In this document: positions 28,628-38,228 of the stretch, one piece after another
Layout of the letters: every line of letters begins with the position of its first letter
Position numbering within the stretch: position 1 is the first letter of the stretch
Source of the DNA: a phage
DNA length: 64,000 nucleotides
Sequence record: PZ402301.1
Strand: one strand, 5' to 3'
Program-made: the position numbers and the translations under genes
Notes under the pieces: model-generated
What the model was told of the DNA's origin: nothing
Database searches by the model: none
Seen by the model: the letters and a program-made list of their open reading frames with translations, nothing else

Positions 28628-29165
28628 TTACTATTTCCAACAGTTTATTATTTTTAAGGTAGTTAGCCTTTTCTAGGACTTCAGAAGCATATTTAGAACC
28701 TGCTTTAACATTCCATCCCGAATTATAAGAGGATATTGCCTTTCTTATATCGCCCTTATGTATATTTAACCAATAAGAAAGTTCAATGTACGCCCAGGAA
28801 GCTGAATTGGACCGTTTATTCAACATTCTTTTTATTTCAGCATCGGTCATATTATAACCAAGTTCCTTAACTCTTGCTCGCATGGTCGGCAAATAATTTT
28901 GGAACATTCCATAGGCATGATGCTTTGGTTTAGATTTTAAATTAACTCCGGCAGAGCTTTCTTGCCATAAAATAGCAGCCATTATATGACCTAATCCACT
29001 CTTGTGGATATTTTTGTGTGTTTTATATTTTCCATCCTTAGAAAATTGTTCCCCGAATTGATATGCGTAACGCATGTTATCGAGTTGGACATTACTGAAA
29101 GTATGCTCGGAGCTATGTGCCATCATTGAAATGGCCAATAGACCAGCGAGTAGTGCTTTTCTCAT
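28620..29165 (-). CDS. secreted lytic-transglycosylase-like protein (181 aa)
   Basis: signal peptide MRKALLAGLLAISMMAHS; SLT-like motifs WQESS and YGMFQ. Confidence 0.5.
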   Translation of the reverse strand: MRKALLAGLLAISMMAHSSEHTFSNVQLDNMRYAYQFGEQFSKDGKYKTHKNIHKSGLGHIMAAILWQESSAGVNLKSKPKHHAYGMFQNYLPTMRARVKELGYNMTDAEIKRMLNKRSNSASWAYIELSYWLNIHKGDIRKAISSYNSGWNVKAGSKYASEVLEKANYLKNNKLLEIVND

Positions 29166-29172
29166 GCTTACC

Positions 29173-29634
29173 TCATTGAGTTTTAATTACTGCTTTAGAA
29201 GCCTTTCCTGGTAAACGACGACTGTTAATAATTGCCATCCTGCACTGAAGCGACGGGTCTTTGAACTTCGCATTAGGTTTACAAACTGTAAATCCAAGCC
29301 AAAGATTTCCATCTGTGATTTCTAAACGCCCAGGACGATATTCAACCCCATCAATAAAATCCTCGTCAATGTCAGGACGCGGAGGCATACTCAGGAATTC
29401 ATTAACTTCTAAAACATGGTCTTTTATCTTGTGGAATAATTCAAAAACATATGTCTCATCAATCTCCCGTTGAATTGCACGATCAAGAAGATGTTGAGAA
29501 TATTTTAGATGAAACGATGAGACCCCTGCTGCTTTTGATGCCTCACGAATCTCATTGTTAATTTGACGAAACTCCGACTCAAAGTGACGACGGAGCTTAT
29601 TTCGACGGATAAAAACTTCTGTGTTGATAGTCAT
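29173..29634 (-). CDS. regB: site-specific endoribonuclease RegB (153 aa)
   Basis: 153-aa ORF in T4 position; length equals T4 RegB. Confidence 0.85.
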   Translation of the reverse strand: MTINTEVFIRRNKLRRHFESEFRQINNEIREASKAAGVSSFHLKYSQHLLDRAIQREIDETYVFELFHKIKDHVLEVNEFLSMPPRPDIDEDFIDGVEYRPGRLEITDGNLWLGFTVCKPNAKFKDPSLQCRMAIINSRRLPGKASKAVIKTQ

Positions 29635-29661
29635 GTTATTCTCCTCTTAACTGATAGAAAA

Positions 29662-29691
29662 ATTATACCACAGTCAAGAGGAAAAGTAAAC
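29662..29691 (-). promoter_or_regulatory. T4-type early promoter upstream of regB
   Basis: minus-sense AATTGTTTACTTTTCCTCTTGACTGTGGTATAATTT. Confidence 0.55.
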
Positions 29692-29693
29692 AA

Positions 29694-29972
29694 TTATTCT
29701 TTAAATCTAATCAATTTATTCATAGACTTTGTAACTTCTGCACGAACCTCATGTAGGTTTTTAAGCTGTTCAAGACGCTGCTCATAGTAAGCAATTTCAT
29801 CTTCTTCGAGACAGTCCTGTGAATCTTCTTTAAGATAACGTGCATAGTCCTGGAAAGCTTTGCGGACTACTTCCTGGAAGTCATCAAGACTTTGAATTTT
29901 CTTAGGAGCAACAGATACACGACGAGGGGCAGTATAATACTCATAACCAAACCCTGCGCTTAATTGAGCCAT
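29694..29972 (-). CDS. hypothetical protein (vs.3 position)
   Basis: ORF only. Confidence 0.4.
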   Translation of the reverse strand: MAQLSAGFGYEYYTAPRRVSVAPKKIQSLDDFQEVVRKAFQDYARYLKEDSQDCLEEDEIAYYEQRLEQLKNLHEVRAEVTKSMNKLIRFKE

Positions 29973-30238
29973 TAATATTTTTCCTCTGGTTGGAACACAG
30001 CACGACAAGCCCACATACTGGCTTCTTTGAGTTTCGTTTTAGCAATAGTTAACTGATCAAGACTTTCAGCATAATTCTTCGCGAATTCACAGTCTTCACA
30101 ATTATCTAGTGCTTCCCAGAATTCATCATATAAAGCATCAAAGATAAGTCCTAAACGAACTTCAGCATCTTTAATAGCATTCACTTTACTGATTTTATCG
30201 TCAGTATGTGGCTTATAACCTTTAATGTCTTCAATCAT
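29972..30238 (-). CDS. hypothetical protein (88 aa; vs.4 position, candidate Acb2 by synteny only)
   Basis: position in regB-denV interval; no motif recognised. Confidence 0.35.
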   Translation of the reverse strand: MIEDIKGYKPHTDDKISKVNAIKDAEVRLGLIFDALYDEFWEALDNCEDCEFAKNYAESLDQLTIAKTKLKEASMWACRAVFQPEEKY

Positions 30239-30452
30239 ATTTTACTTCCTCACCTGTTCCCAAATCATATTCAACTAAACGAATAGGCTCATGAATGCCA
30301 TATCCCTGAACAGAAATTTCTGTCGTAGGATAAATTCCACTAATATCACCCATGTTCCATGCTTCATTAAATTGCTGTTCGCCTGAATTACTAAACCACT
30401 CGGCGAAAGCATTTAGCACATCTTTAGAACCTTCAATAATTATCTTTGCCAT
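30231..30452 (-). CDS. hypothetical protein (73 aa)
   Basis: ORF only. Confidence 0.4.
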   Translation of the reverse strand: MAKIIIEGSKDVLNAFAEWFSNSGEQQFNEAWNMGDISGIYPTTEISVQGYGIHEPIRLVEYDLGTGEEVKYD

Positions 30453-30826
30453 TACAGACTCTCAGTAAAGGTACGAGCGATAACGTCGCGCTGCTGTTCC
30501 GGAGTCAGAGAGTTAAAGCGAACTGCATAACCGGATACACGGATGGTCAGCTGCGGATATTTTTCCGGATGCTTAACTGCATCTTCCAGAGTTTCACGAC
30601 GCAGAACGTTTACGTTCAGGTGTTGACCACCCTCAATTTTAACTGTAGGATGTGTTTCAATTTCAATTTCACGGGCATGCAAACCATAGAAAATTTCTGG
30701 GTCTACAAAAGAGTCCTCTTTAAAAGTTTTAGAGACAATAATTCGTGCTTGAATACCGTCTTCAAAATAAATAGTACCTTTATGCGTGCCTTCAAGAATT
30801 TGATATGCTTTCATATAACCTCTCAA
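30452..30826 (-). CDS. GrcA/YfiD-like autonomous glycyl radical cofactor protein (124 aa)
   Basis: C-terminal ~65 aa [63 protein letters not shown] with glycyl radical motif RVSGY; this part matches E. coli GrcA as recalled and is visibly GC-richer than flanks. Confidence 0.8.
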   Translation of the reverse strand: MRGYMKAYQILEGTHKGTIYFEDGIQARIIVSKTFKEDSFVDPEIFYGLHAREIEIETHPTVKIEGGQHLNVNVLRRETLEDAVKHPEKYPQLTIRVSGYAVRFNSLTPEQQRDVIARTFTESL

Positions 30827-31203
30827 TTAGAAAATAAATTTATCCAAGATTGCTCTTTAATTAAAAATGGCTCAGAATCATATGCCATTAAACTTTGGGT
30901 GATTAGTCCTTTAAAAGGTCCATCAATAAATTCCATGGTAAAATATGGAATTTTATTCATTAATCTTGCATTAGGAGCAGTGCACAAAACTCTGCATCCT
31001 TTGAATACGCCTTTTTGTAATTTGTATTGCTTAGGATAAAATTCGCTCAAGACGTTGTTATTTGCCAAAATTTCAAAATGATTCACCAATTTATTTTTAA
31101 TAGTTTTTGGCGAAAAATAAAGATATTCGAAAAGTTGCGTGTCTGTCATCATTGCATTCCGATTATGAAAAACTGTGGACGAGTAATACCACCAATGCAG
31201 CAT
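30823..31203 (-). CDS. hypothetical protein (126 aa)
   Basis: ORF only. Confidence 0.45.
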   Translation of the reverse strand: MLHWWYYSSTVFHNRNAMMTDTQLFEYLYFSPKTIKNKLVNHFEILANNNVLSEFYPKQYKLQKGVFKGCRVLCTAPNARLMNKIPYFTMEFIDGPFKGLITQSLMAYDSEPFLIKEQSWINLFSN

Positions 31204-31739
31204 TTACTATTGCAACAGTGGTGCACAGTTTCAATATGAATATCGTAAATTTTATCCATATCAGGAGATTTAACAGGCTCATCAATTATATACAAAATCC
31301 GCGAAAGCGATAAACCTCTGAACTTGCTACCTCTATTACCAACAAAACTACGGACAGAATCAGTAAATAAACGGAATCGAATATCATCATTAGAATAGCG
31401 TGAAAATTCTTTTTTAATGTGGCCCGCAGAAATTTTAGCGTAAGCTGAAGTATTAGAAAGAACAATAACTGTTCCACCGTCATACAACCAATTAGCGGCA
31501 AAATTAGTTACTGCAGTTGATTTACCGGATTGACGTCCACCATCTAGTCGAAGTGTGCAGTATTCTTTAAATAAATGTGGCGAATCAGGTACATAAAATC
31601 CACTATTACAAATTTCTTCTACTCTAGCATCAGAATGGTGTGTAAAAGCATTCATCAGGGATAGATAAGGACCAGTTAAAAATGTTCTCATTTTATTCTC
31701 TCTAAATTTGGGCCATTCCATGGCGCGTGAATTGTCCAT
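31149..31739 (-). CDS. P-loop NTPase of unknown function (196 aa)
   Basis: Walker A GGRQSGKST and Walker B-like ILYIIDEP. Confidence 0.45.
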   Translation of the reverse strand: MDNSRAMEWPKFRENKMRTFLTGPYLSLMNAFTHHSDARVEEICNSGFYVPDSPHLFKEYCTLRLDGGRQSGKSTAVTNFAANWLYDGGTVIVLSNTSAYAKISAGHIKKEFSRYSNDDIRFRLFTDSVRSFVGNRGSKFRGLSLSRILYIIDEPVKSPDMDKIYDIHIETVHHCCNSKCCIGGITRPQFFIIGMQ

Positions 31740-31844
31740 TTCTGTATTTACCCATTACCGCACTTGGGCTCGACCTTATTACAGGTTGGCGGGAATCCCT
31801 CATAGAATCATGAGGTCCAGTTTGTTCCCATATTTCTTATTTGC

Positions 31845-32318
31845 TTATTTGAATGATTTGACGTACTGAATAGAACCTTTACTATTCACGAAAGCGATTT
31901 TACCATTTTTATTATACATGGTAGCAGTACGCTGATAGCCATAAGTTTGTTTACCAGATTGATAACCAACTAATGCGAAATTATCTTCACCCATTTTATT
32001 CTGTTTAGCGCGAATACGTTCATGACCGTGTGCCATAAGAACCTTAGCATCACCAGTTGAAATTGATCTACGAGTTTTTTCATCTTCAACTGTATTAACA
32101 AAGTCGTCAAATGAATCAAATTTAGCATGGGATTTATTATACAGTTTTCCATCTACTGCATAATTATATCCCTGTACATCCATCTCAACTTCTGTACCAT
32201 CATCCAATACAGCAGTGATTTTTTGACCTTTTTTAAATTTCAAAAGATCAGTAAAAGATTCAGCAATAATTTGAGAATTAATAGCTGCTTCAGTGATAAA
32301 TTCTTGATATGTTTTCAT
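31845..32318 (-). CDS. capsid-targeted internal protein (157 aa; IPII/IPIII-like)
   Basis: N-terminal capsid targeting sequence MKTYQEFITEA (T4 CTS consensus MKTYQEFIAEA with prohead protease site after Glu). Confidence 0.6.
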   Translation of the reverse strand: MKTYQEFITEAAINSQIIAESFTDLLKFKKGQKITAVLDDGTEVEMDVQGYNYAVDGKLYNKSHAKFDSFDDFVNTVEDEKTRRSISTGDAKVLMAHGHERIRAKQNKMGEDNFALVGYQSGKQTYGYQRTATMYNKNGKIAFVNSKGSIQYVKSFK

Positions 32319-32327
32319 ATGTTTCCT

Positions 32328-32744
32328 TTAAATGTAAATATTTTTGCCGTAATACTTGTACCAGTGTGGCTTCATTAAAATTTTTTCATCGAGTCGTTGT
32401 TGACTCAATTTAATAGCTGATTTGCATGGATTATAATCATTTTTCCATTCTGCTGGAATATCGCTGATGTCAGGAACTTCAGTATCTTTTATACTAAACC
32501 CACGTTTTAAGCATTCCATTATAATGTCTGATTGACGCTTTCGCAAAAATTCTAATTTGTCGTAAAAGAACGTAACATGACCAGAACCTAAAATAAACTC
32601 GGAAGATATTTTAAAATCTTTAACCCGCTTACCATTTGCCACGTGTTTACGAACTATACCAAAAACGCGTGGCAATTCACGGTATTCTGCGATTAAATGT
32701 TGATCAGCAAGTTCAGATACTAAAGTCAAATTAATACGAGTCAT
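32328..32744 (-). CDS. denV: endonuclease V (pyrimidine dimer DNA glycosylase DenV, 138 aa)
   Basis: [17 protein letters not shown]...YRELPRVFG... similar but not identical to T4 DenV as recalled; same length. Confidence 0.9.
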   Translation of the reverse strand: MTRINLTLVSELADQHLIAEYRELPRVFGIVRKHVANGKRVKDFKISSEFILGSGHVTFFYDKLEFLRKRQSDIIMECLKRGFSIKDTEVPDISDIPAEWKNDYNPCKSAIKLSQQRLDEKILMKPHWYKYYGKNIYI

Positions 32745-32768
32745 TTTATCCCTCCAAGTAACTGTGAA

Positions 32769-32799
32769 TATACTATCACAGTTCTAGGAGAAAGTAAAC
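32769..32799 (-). promoter_or_regulatory. T4-type early promoter upstream of denV
   Basis: minus-sense GTTTAC -35 with TA-rich -10. Confidence 0.45.
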
Positions 32800-32803
32800 A
32801 ACT

Positions 32804-33334
<531 letters not shown>

Positions 33335-33790
33335 TTAAAAGAGACTGTTCATTATTCGGTAAAGTGAAGGACCCATCACATATTGCCACTGAGTACGAGG
33401 AATAAGAGCAAAAGCATCCATCTCTGGAATCATAACACCATCTTTATTTTCAAAATAAGACTCGCAATGGCAATTTCTAAACATCTCATGCTCTACTGGA
33501 ATCGTATAATAAAATAACTGTAAGTCTTTATTACTAGAATATTTAAATACGCCTAGGTCTTCTAGAAGGTCTGGATTATAATTGCTAAAACCAGTCTCTT
33601 CTAAACATTCTCTTCGTGCTGCATCTAGTGCGCTTAAATCAGAACTTTCTACACGACCCTTTGGAATATCCCAGCGATGGGCCATCATTCCAGGCTTACG
33701 AGAACCAGTAACCCGTCCCATGAATAAATCTTTATCTTCTGTCATAAAGATAATACCAGCTGATAATGTTTTCATTTTAATTTCCTGCAT
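33335..33790 (-). CDS. nudE: Nudix hydrolase NudE (e.1), 151 aa
   Basis: Nudix box GRVESSDLSALDAARRECLEETGF; same length as T4 NudE. Confidence 0.8.
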   Translation of the reverse strand: MQEIKMKTLSAGIIFMTEDKDLFMGRVTGSRKPGMMAHRWDIPKGRVESSDLSALDAARRECLEETGFSNYNPDLLEDLGVFKYSSNKDLQLFYYTIPVEHEMFRNCHCESYFENKDGVMIPEMDAFALIPRTQWQYVMGPSLYRIMNSLF

Positions 33791-34260
33791 TCAGTGATAA
33801 AGTTATTTAAATTTTGAGTATATTTCTTTTCATCAAAAATCTTTTGTTGTCTGCGTAGCCGCCATGGCATTTCAATGAACGTGTACCATATCCCAGATAA
33901 TATTGCTGCTGTAAAAATATTAACAAGTATGGTTAAAAGAATCCAATCTCCTATTCTGTCCATTGGATTTTTTATAAAAAAGTAAAATACGAATGATGTC
34001 ACAGGAAGACTAATAATATACCACAGAATCATAATTTTATCTGTGAACCAATCAGCGCTCGTTAACTTAGCGCGACCATTATGAATACACACGAATTTAT
34101 CGTCTGTTATAGTAGATGGCTTAACTGGTTGATATCCCATTCTAAACTCCCTAATCAACAAATTTTTCATATCTTCGGAACAGCCATTCCAATCAACTCT
34201 ATCAACTGGAATGCCATCATCCCCATCATCTAAATCATACCAGCGAGTTTTTAAAATCAT
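33772..34260 (-). CDS. membrane protein (162 aa)
   Basis: two hydrophobic helices in C-terminal half. Confidence 0.45.
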   Translation of the reverse strand: MILKTRWYDLDDGDDGIPVDRVDWNGCSEDMKNLLIREFRMGYQPVKPSTITDDKFVCIHNGRAKLTSADWFTDKIMILWYIISLPVTSFVFYFFIKNPMDRIGDWILLTILVNIFTAAILSGIWYTFIEMPWRLRRQQKIFDEKKYTQNLNNFITECRKLK

Positions 34261-34619
34261 TTAATTTTCCTACAATCACTCACAAACTCTTTCATTGATT
34301 CATTTTCAATATAAGACATGTAGTTATTATATTCTTTTAATTGTATTTTGTAATCCTTTTTTCTTTGCCAATTTATTTTAAAATTATCATAATGAAAATA
34401 TAGCATGGTGCCAAAGAATGAAAATAATGAAATCGCTATAGTAAAACGAAGTTCACTCCAAACCTCTGTTATAATTACTGTGCCGTCGATGTTTAAAATA
34501 AAACAGTCAATTAGCAATCCAATAAGACTACCCGCAAGAGCTGCAAATACTGACACAGCAAGAATTAATAGTGCCTCGGGAAACGAATATTTGACTTTAT
34601 TTAGTTTTGGCTTTTGCAT
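34257..34619 (-). CDS. membrane protein (120 aa)
   Basis: hydrophobic segments. Confidence 0.45.
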   Translation of the reverse strand: MQKPKLNKVKYSFPEALLILAVSVFAALAGSLIGLLIDCFILNIDGTVIITEVWSELRFTIAISLFSFFGTMLYFHYDNFKINWQRKKDYKIQLKEYNNYMSYIENESMKEFVSDCRKIK

Positions 34620-35014
34620 CGTGATTCCTTAACAAATTTCATAATTTCGTTAAATTCATACGCAGCAAGTTTAAGCTGGTGTTCCTTTTTAATCTTTTTA
34701 CACTGAGCTTTCCATTCGCGTACACGTTTACGATAATGTCTTCCTTGATACCAGTATCCTACCCAATTTACAGGTACTAATAAAAGCGGAATTATTAATG
34801 GAAGAATTAGTGTTGCTCCAAATATTACACCGGATTCAATATCAGTCATAACGTCTATAACCATTCCAGCAATTAGCAGAATCACAAATGATACAGCTAC
34901 CACAGGACCCATTAATACATCGGTAGAAATTATCTGGCGCTTTAGTTCATACTTCACAGGTTTACTTGGAAGGTATAGTGATGGCTTTGACATATTCTCT
35001 ACATTCCTTAACAA
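34601..35014 (-). CDS. membrane protein (137 aa)
   Basis: hydrophobic segments. Confidence 0.45.
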   Translation of the reverse strand: MLRNVENMSKPSLYLPSKPVKYELKRQIISTDVLMGPVVAVSFVILLIAGMVIDVMTDIESGVIFGATLILPLIIPLLLVPVNWVGYWYQGRHYRKRVREWKAQCKKIKKEHQLKLAAYEFNEIMKFVKESRCKSQN

Positions 35015-35576
35015 ATTTTTCTAATAATAAATCGCTTTCAAAACTAGGATTTTCCACGAATTTATCAAAAAGATCATCAACAATATTCAAGATATTCCTT
35101 TTACTAAGAATACGTTTATTTTCATGTTTCGTTTCAGAATCAACTATAAGAGTAAAGAAATATTTCTTTCCCTGAAATTTTACTGTAGTATCAATATAGA
35201 ATAAATTTGACTTTTGTAAGTTACGTTTAAACCATGCGTCACTTAAACTATAAACACCGAGATAATCAAAATCGTCGTTTAAATAACAAACTGTCCATTC
35301 AGGAGAAATGAAATCAGTAAATTCAACATCAAAATCACACGTCAATGAATGAATTGATTCAATACTGTTAATAAGTATTCCAGGGCGTATTAAAGACTTT
35401 TTACCTCTAGAAAATCTTCCAGAAAGACTTTCATCAGTTTCATATGAAGACCCCCAATAGTAATTACGTCCTTCTGCCATACGTTTAAGAGCATTTAGTA
35501 ATTGGTCTGGAACATCAACATGTCTTTGGAACTCTTCAAACATTGAATTGAAATCATTTTGCATTTTCATTTTCAT
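34962..35576 (-). CDS. hypothetical protein (204 aa)
   Basis: ORF only. Confidence 0.45.
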   Translation of the reverse strand: MKMKMQNDFNSMFEEFQRHVDVPDQLLNALKRMAEGRNYYWGSSYETDESLSGRFSRGKKSLIRPGILINSIESIHSLTCDFDVEFTDFISPEWTVCYLNDDFDYLGVYSLSDAWFKRNLQKSNLFYIDTTVKFQGKKYFFTLIVDSETKHENKRILSKRNILNIVDDLFDKFVENPSFESDLLLEKFVKECREYVKAITIPSK

Positions 35577-35592
35577 TCCTATTTACTCCAAG

Positions 35593-35614
35593 TATAAGGG
35601 GCCGAAGCCCCTTA
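35593..35614 (-). terminator. terminator hairpin ATAAGGGGCC-GAAG-GCCCCTTAT
   Basis: perfect GC stem after stop of 35618..36211. Confidence 0.6.
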
Positions 35615-35617
35615 TCA

Positions 35618-36211
35618 TTATTTCAGAGAATTAATGTATTCCTGAACATCGGCAGAGGTAGTTTCAACCCCGGAAATATTACCGTTAAAGGTTTCAACTC
35701 GAGCAAGAGTATCTTCAATATCAACCTTAGTTAGCGCTGCGATTTCAACTACATCATCAGCAGTACTAATTCCAAGGGCATTTGCCGCACGAGTTTCACG
35801 GATATATTCCAATTTAACTGCAAGTTCTTGACGAGCATCATCTAACTCAACTACTTTCTTGGCGATTTCAATTCGCATTTCAGCATAACCATCAGCTTTA
35901 GTAGTCAACTGCTCAGCTGTTCGACGATATAGTAAACCGAGCTTAGCATGCATTGTTACATCTTGACCTTCGGAAAGAAGTTTGCGAATTTCACGCTCTT
36001 TTGATTCGGCTTGTCGATTCTTTTCGATAACAAGTTCACGAATACGTTTTTCTTCATTAATAGATTTAACAGAAGCAGTTTTTAGGTCTTTAATCTTATC
36101 AAGTAATTTTGCTGCTGCAGCAGTATACTGTTCTTCAACAGATAGATTTTTAGCCATAGCAGAACCAAGTTTAGTGCGAATAAACTCAACAATTTTCTTC
36201 AGTGTGTTCAT
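35618..36211 (-). CDS. coiled-coil PspA/IM30-like protein (197 aa)
   Basis: entirely helical heptad-rich sequence. Confidence 0.45.
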   Translation of the reverse strand: MNTLKKIVEFIRTKLGSAMAKNLSVEEQYTAAAAKLLDKIKDLKTASVKSINEEKRIRELVIEKNRQAESKEREIRKLLSEGQDVTMHAKLGLLYRRTAEQLTTKADGYAEMRIEIAKKVVELDDARQELAVKLEYIRETRAANALGISTADDVVEIAALTKVDIEDTLARVETFNGNISGVETTSADVQEYINSLK

Positions 36212-36500
36212 AGTATTTCCTTAGGTTAATTAAAAATTTAAATCTGTGGAAGAATATTATATTTCAAAGAGTTTATAAACTATTTCAACATCTCCTTTTG
36301 CCGCTTTATAACCTTCGGCCCAAGATACAACAGAGTTTTTATCTGAGGATTCAAATTCAGGCATTGGACTTTCACCAATATTCACACAATATGTTTCTTC
36401 ATTTTCATCGAACCAAATAATTAAAGTAGTCATTTTGTTTACTCCTCTGTAGTTGATAAGTCTATAGTATCACCATCCTTGGTGCTTGTACATCATTATT

Positions 36501-36833
36501 TTAATTTTTCCAACTTAACAACTTGTAGTGTCCTTCATTAATACGTGGTTTATCCCAAGAAATACTAATATATGATTCACTGTCAATAGAAGTCGCCGGG
36601 TTTTTCTCTACCGTAAGACCTTCACTTTCCAGCCATTCAATAGTATTTGCGCATAAATCGGAAGAACACCTCATCGGAAACCGGCAAGATTTTTCACCTT
36701 TAGCTGCAGTGTTATACATCTTTTCCAAAATACGCTTTTGCACGTTTTTAAAAATAGTTTCAGCAGATTCTTCAGATTTTTTATTCAGTTCAGTATAAAG
36801 ACTCATAACATTCTTCTCATTAATAGGGCTCAT
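36501..36833 (-). CDS. hypothetical protein (110 aa)
   Basis: ORF only. Confidence 0.45.
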   Translation of the reverse strand: MSPINEKNVMSLYTELNKKSEESAETIFKNVQKRILEKMYNTAAKGEKSCRFPMRCSSDLCANTIEWLESEGLTVEKNPATSIDSESYISISWDKPRINEGHYKLLSWKN

Positions 36834-36863
36834 AATATCTTAATCATGAGCCCATGTAAACAA

Positions 36864-37181
36864 TTATTTCATATTATTGAAATATTCTTCTGCAATTTCA
36901 TCATTATCATGGTAAACTTTAGAAGACAGTTTAACATAACCTTCTGCTGTGAACATGTTAATCACAACTTTTACAGTATACCACTGACCGTCTTCATTAC
37001 CCATTACTGCGTAAGTTTCAAACATCGGATGATCAGGACCGATAACTTTAATATCATTCACTGTACGACCGAAATCTTCTGAAACGCATTTCATAAAGAA
37101 GTTGAACAGTTCGCCGTAATTATCCATTTCATTCTCCAAGTTGTTTTTCTGTATCAGTAGTTGATAGTTGTATAGTACCAC
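36864..37181 (-). CDS. hypothetical protein (105 aa)
   Basis: ORF downstream of early promoter. Confidence 0.45.
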   Translation of the reverse strand: MVLYNYQLLIQKNNLENEMDNYGELFNFFMKCVSEDFGRTVNDIKVIGPDHPMFETYAVMGNEDGQWYTVKVVINMFTAEGYVKLSSKVYHDNDEIAEEYFNNMK

Positions 37182-37201
37182 AGTCCTTGTGGTATGTAAA
37201 C
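37171..37201 (-). promoter_or_regulatory. T4-type early promoter with conserved leader
   Basis: minus-sense AAAAATTTTTTCACAAAACAGTTTACATACCACAAGGACTGTGGTACTATACAACTATCAACTAC. Confidence 0.55.
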
Positions 37202-37338
37202 TGTTTTGTGAAAAAATTTTTAAAAAGTTTTAGGGAATTCTAGGGCAGGGATGGGCAATTAAAGGATAGGATAATATATTATAAAGGGTATAAACTAAAT
37301 GATGCCTAGAGAGGTCCAGAAAGGCCTAGATATCAAAA

Positions 37339-37362
37339 AGCCCCAACCTTTCGGTCGGGGCT
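37339..37362 (-). terminator. terminator hairpin AGCCCCGACC-GAAA-GGTTGGGGCT, copy A
   Basis: 10-bp stem with GAAA tetraloop immediately downstream of 37369..37842. Confidence 0.65.
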
Positions 37363-37368
37363 AAAATG

Positions 37369-37842
37369 TTATTTGATTTGTTTAGCAGACCAAATGCGGT
37401 CTTTAATAATTTTTTGGATGTCTTCAACATACTCAAGAGAGTGAGCATGTGGATTATCTTTGAAACTATAAGCACGAGCTAGTTTTTGGCCTTCAGTTTT
37501 GATTACTAAAAGCTCTTTAAGGATAGCTTCATATTTAGCGATAATTCCTTTAACAATATTTTTTTCTTGTGCAGCTTTAGGATCTGCTTTAGGAGCAGGT
37601 TTACCCGAAGCCTTTGCAAAAGCAGCACCAGTAGCAACTAAACTTTTCCAGGCCATACTAACCGCATTTCCTGTAAATCCTTCTGCTTTCATGTCGCGAG
37701 CAAACTGGAATCGTGATTCGTCAGAAGCATCTTTATAGGAATATTTACCCGCTGCAATGGCTGCTTTTGCGACAGCTTGAATTTCGGTGCTAGATGCTTC
37801 ATTTAACACCGCTTCATTTAAAAATTGAGCATATGATTTCAT
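37369..37842 (-). CDS. capsid-targeted internal-protein-like protein (157 aa), Ala/Lys-rich
   Basis: N-terminus MKSYAQFLNEA resembles the T4 CTS with Glu at position 10; bracketed by identical terminator hairpins. Confidence 0.5.
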   Translation of the reverse strand: MKSYAQFLNEAVLNEASSTEIQAVAKAAIAAGKYSYKDASDESRFQFARDMKAEGFTGNAVSMAWKSLVATGAAFAKASGKPAPKADPKAAQEKNIVKGIIAKYEAILKELLVIKTEGQKLARAYSFKDNPHAHSLEYVEDIQKIIKDRIWSAKQIK

Positions 37843-37892
37843 CTTATTTCCTGTTTTAATTCGTGATTTATACTACTATATTTATACTAAAA

Positions 37893-37916
37893 AGCCCCAA
37901 CCTTTCGGTCGGGGCT
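37893..37916 (-). terminator. terminator hairpin, copy B (identical to 37339..37362)
   Basis: identical ~30-nt sequence AAAAAGCCCCAACCTTTCGGTCGGGGCTAA. Confidence 0.6.
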
Positions 37917-38228
37917 AAGCCTTGCGGCAACCTTGTCGGGGTTCCACCTGCTAAGGCAAGTGTTTGTACGAAACGCCGGGATTCGAACCCGGTTATTAAG
38001 CAGTTGACGCTACTCAATATTTTTTAAAAGGCCATATCTCGACCATATCCGAACGTTCCGTCAAAAACGCTACTCGGCTTACGGCAAAGATATTTCCTCG
38101 AATCGATAATTCTGTGCGCCGTTTCTGCTGTGATGTAAGGGGATATTAACAAATCGTAAAGATTTATTAAGACCAGTCCTTACGCAGGGAACATCAGTCC
38201 GACGACTTACCGGTAGCGACCCGGTTTC
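37917..38228 (-). ncRNA. candidate structured stable RNA region with tRNA-like T-arm (possible rnaC/rnaD-type species)
   Basis: about 310 nt without ORF next to tRNA cluster; minus-sense CCGGGTTCGAATCCCGG T-arm-like hairpin near 37974..37990; no complete tRNA cloverleaf found by eye. Confidence 0.25.

Noticed and set aside
30446-31039. 197-aa plus-strand ORF
   Set aside because: Antisense to the GrcA-like gene and its neighbour; open only because the host-like segment is GC-rich; minus-strand genes have clear homology.
37216-37338. G-rich noncoding stretch (TAGGGAATTCTAGGGCAGGGATGGGC...) between terminator and promoter
   Set aside because: Unusual composition, but no convincing secondary structure or ORF found by eye; mentioned for completeness.
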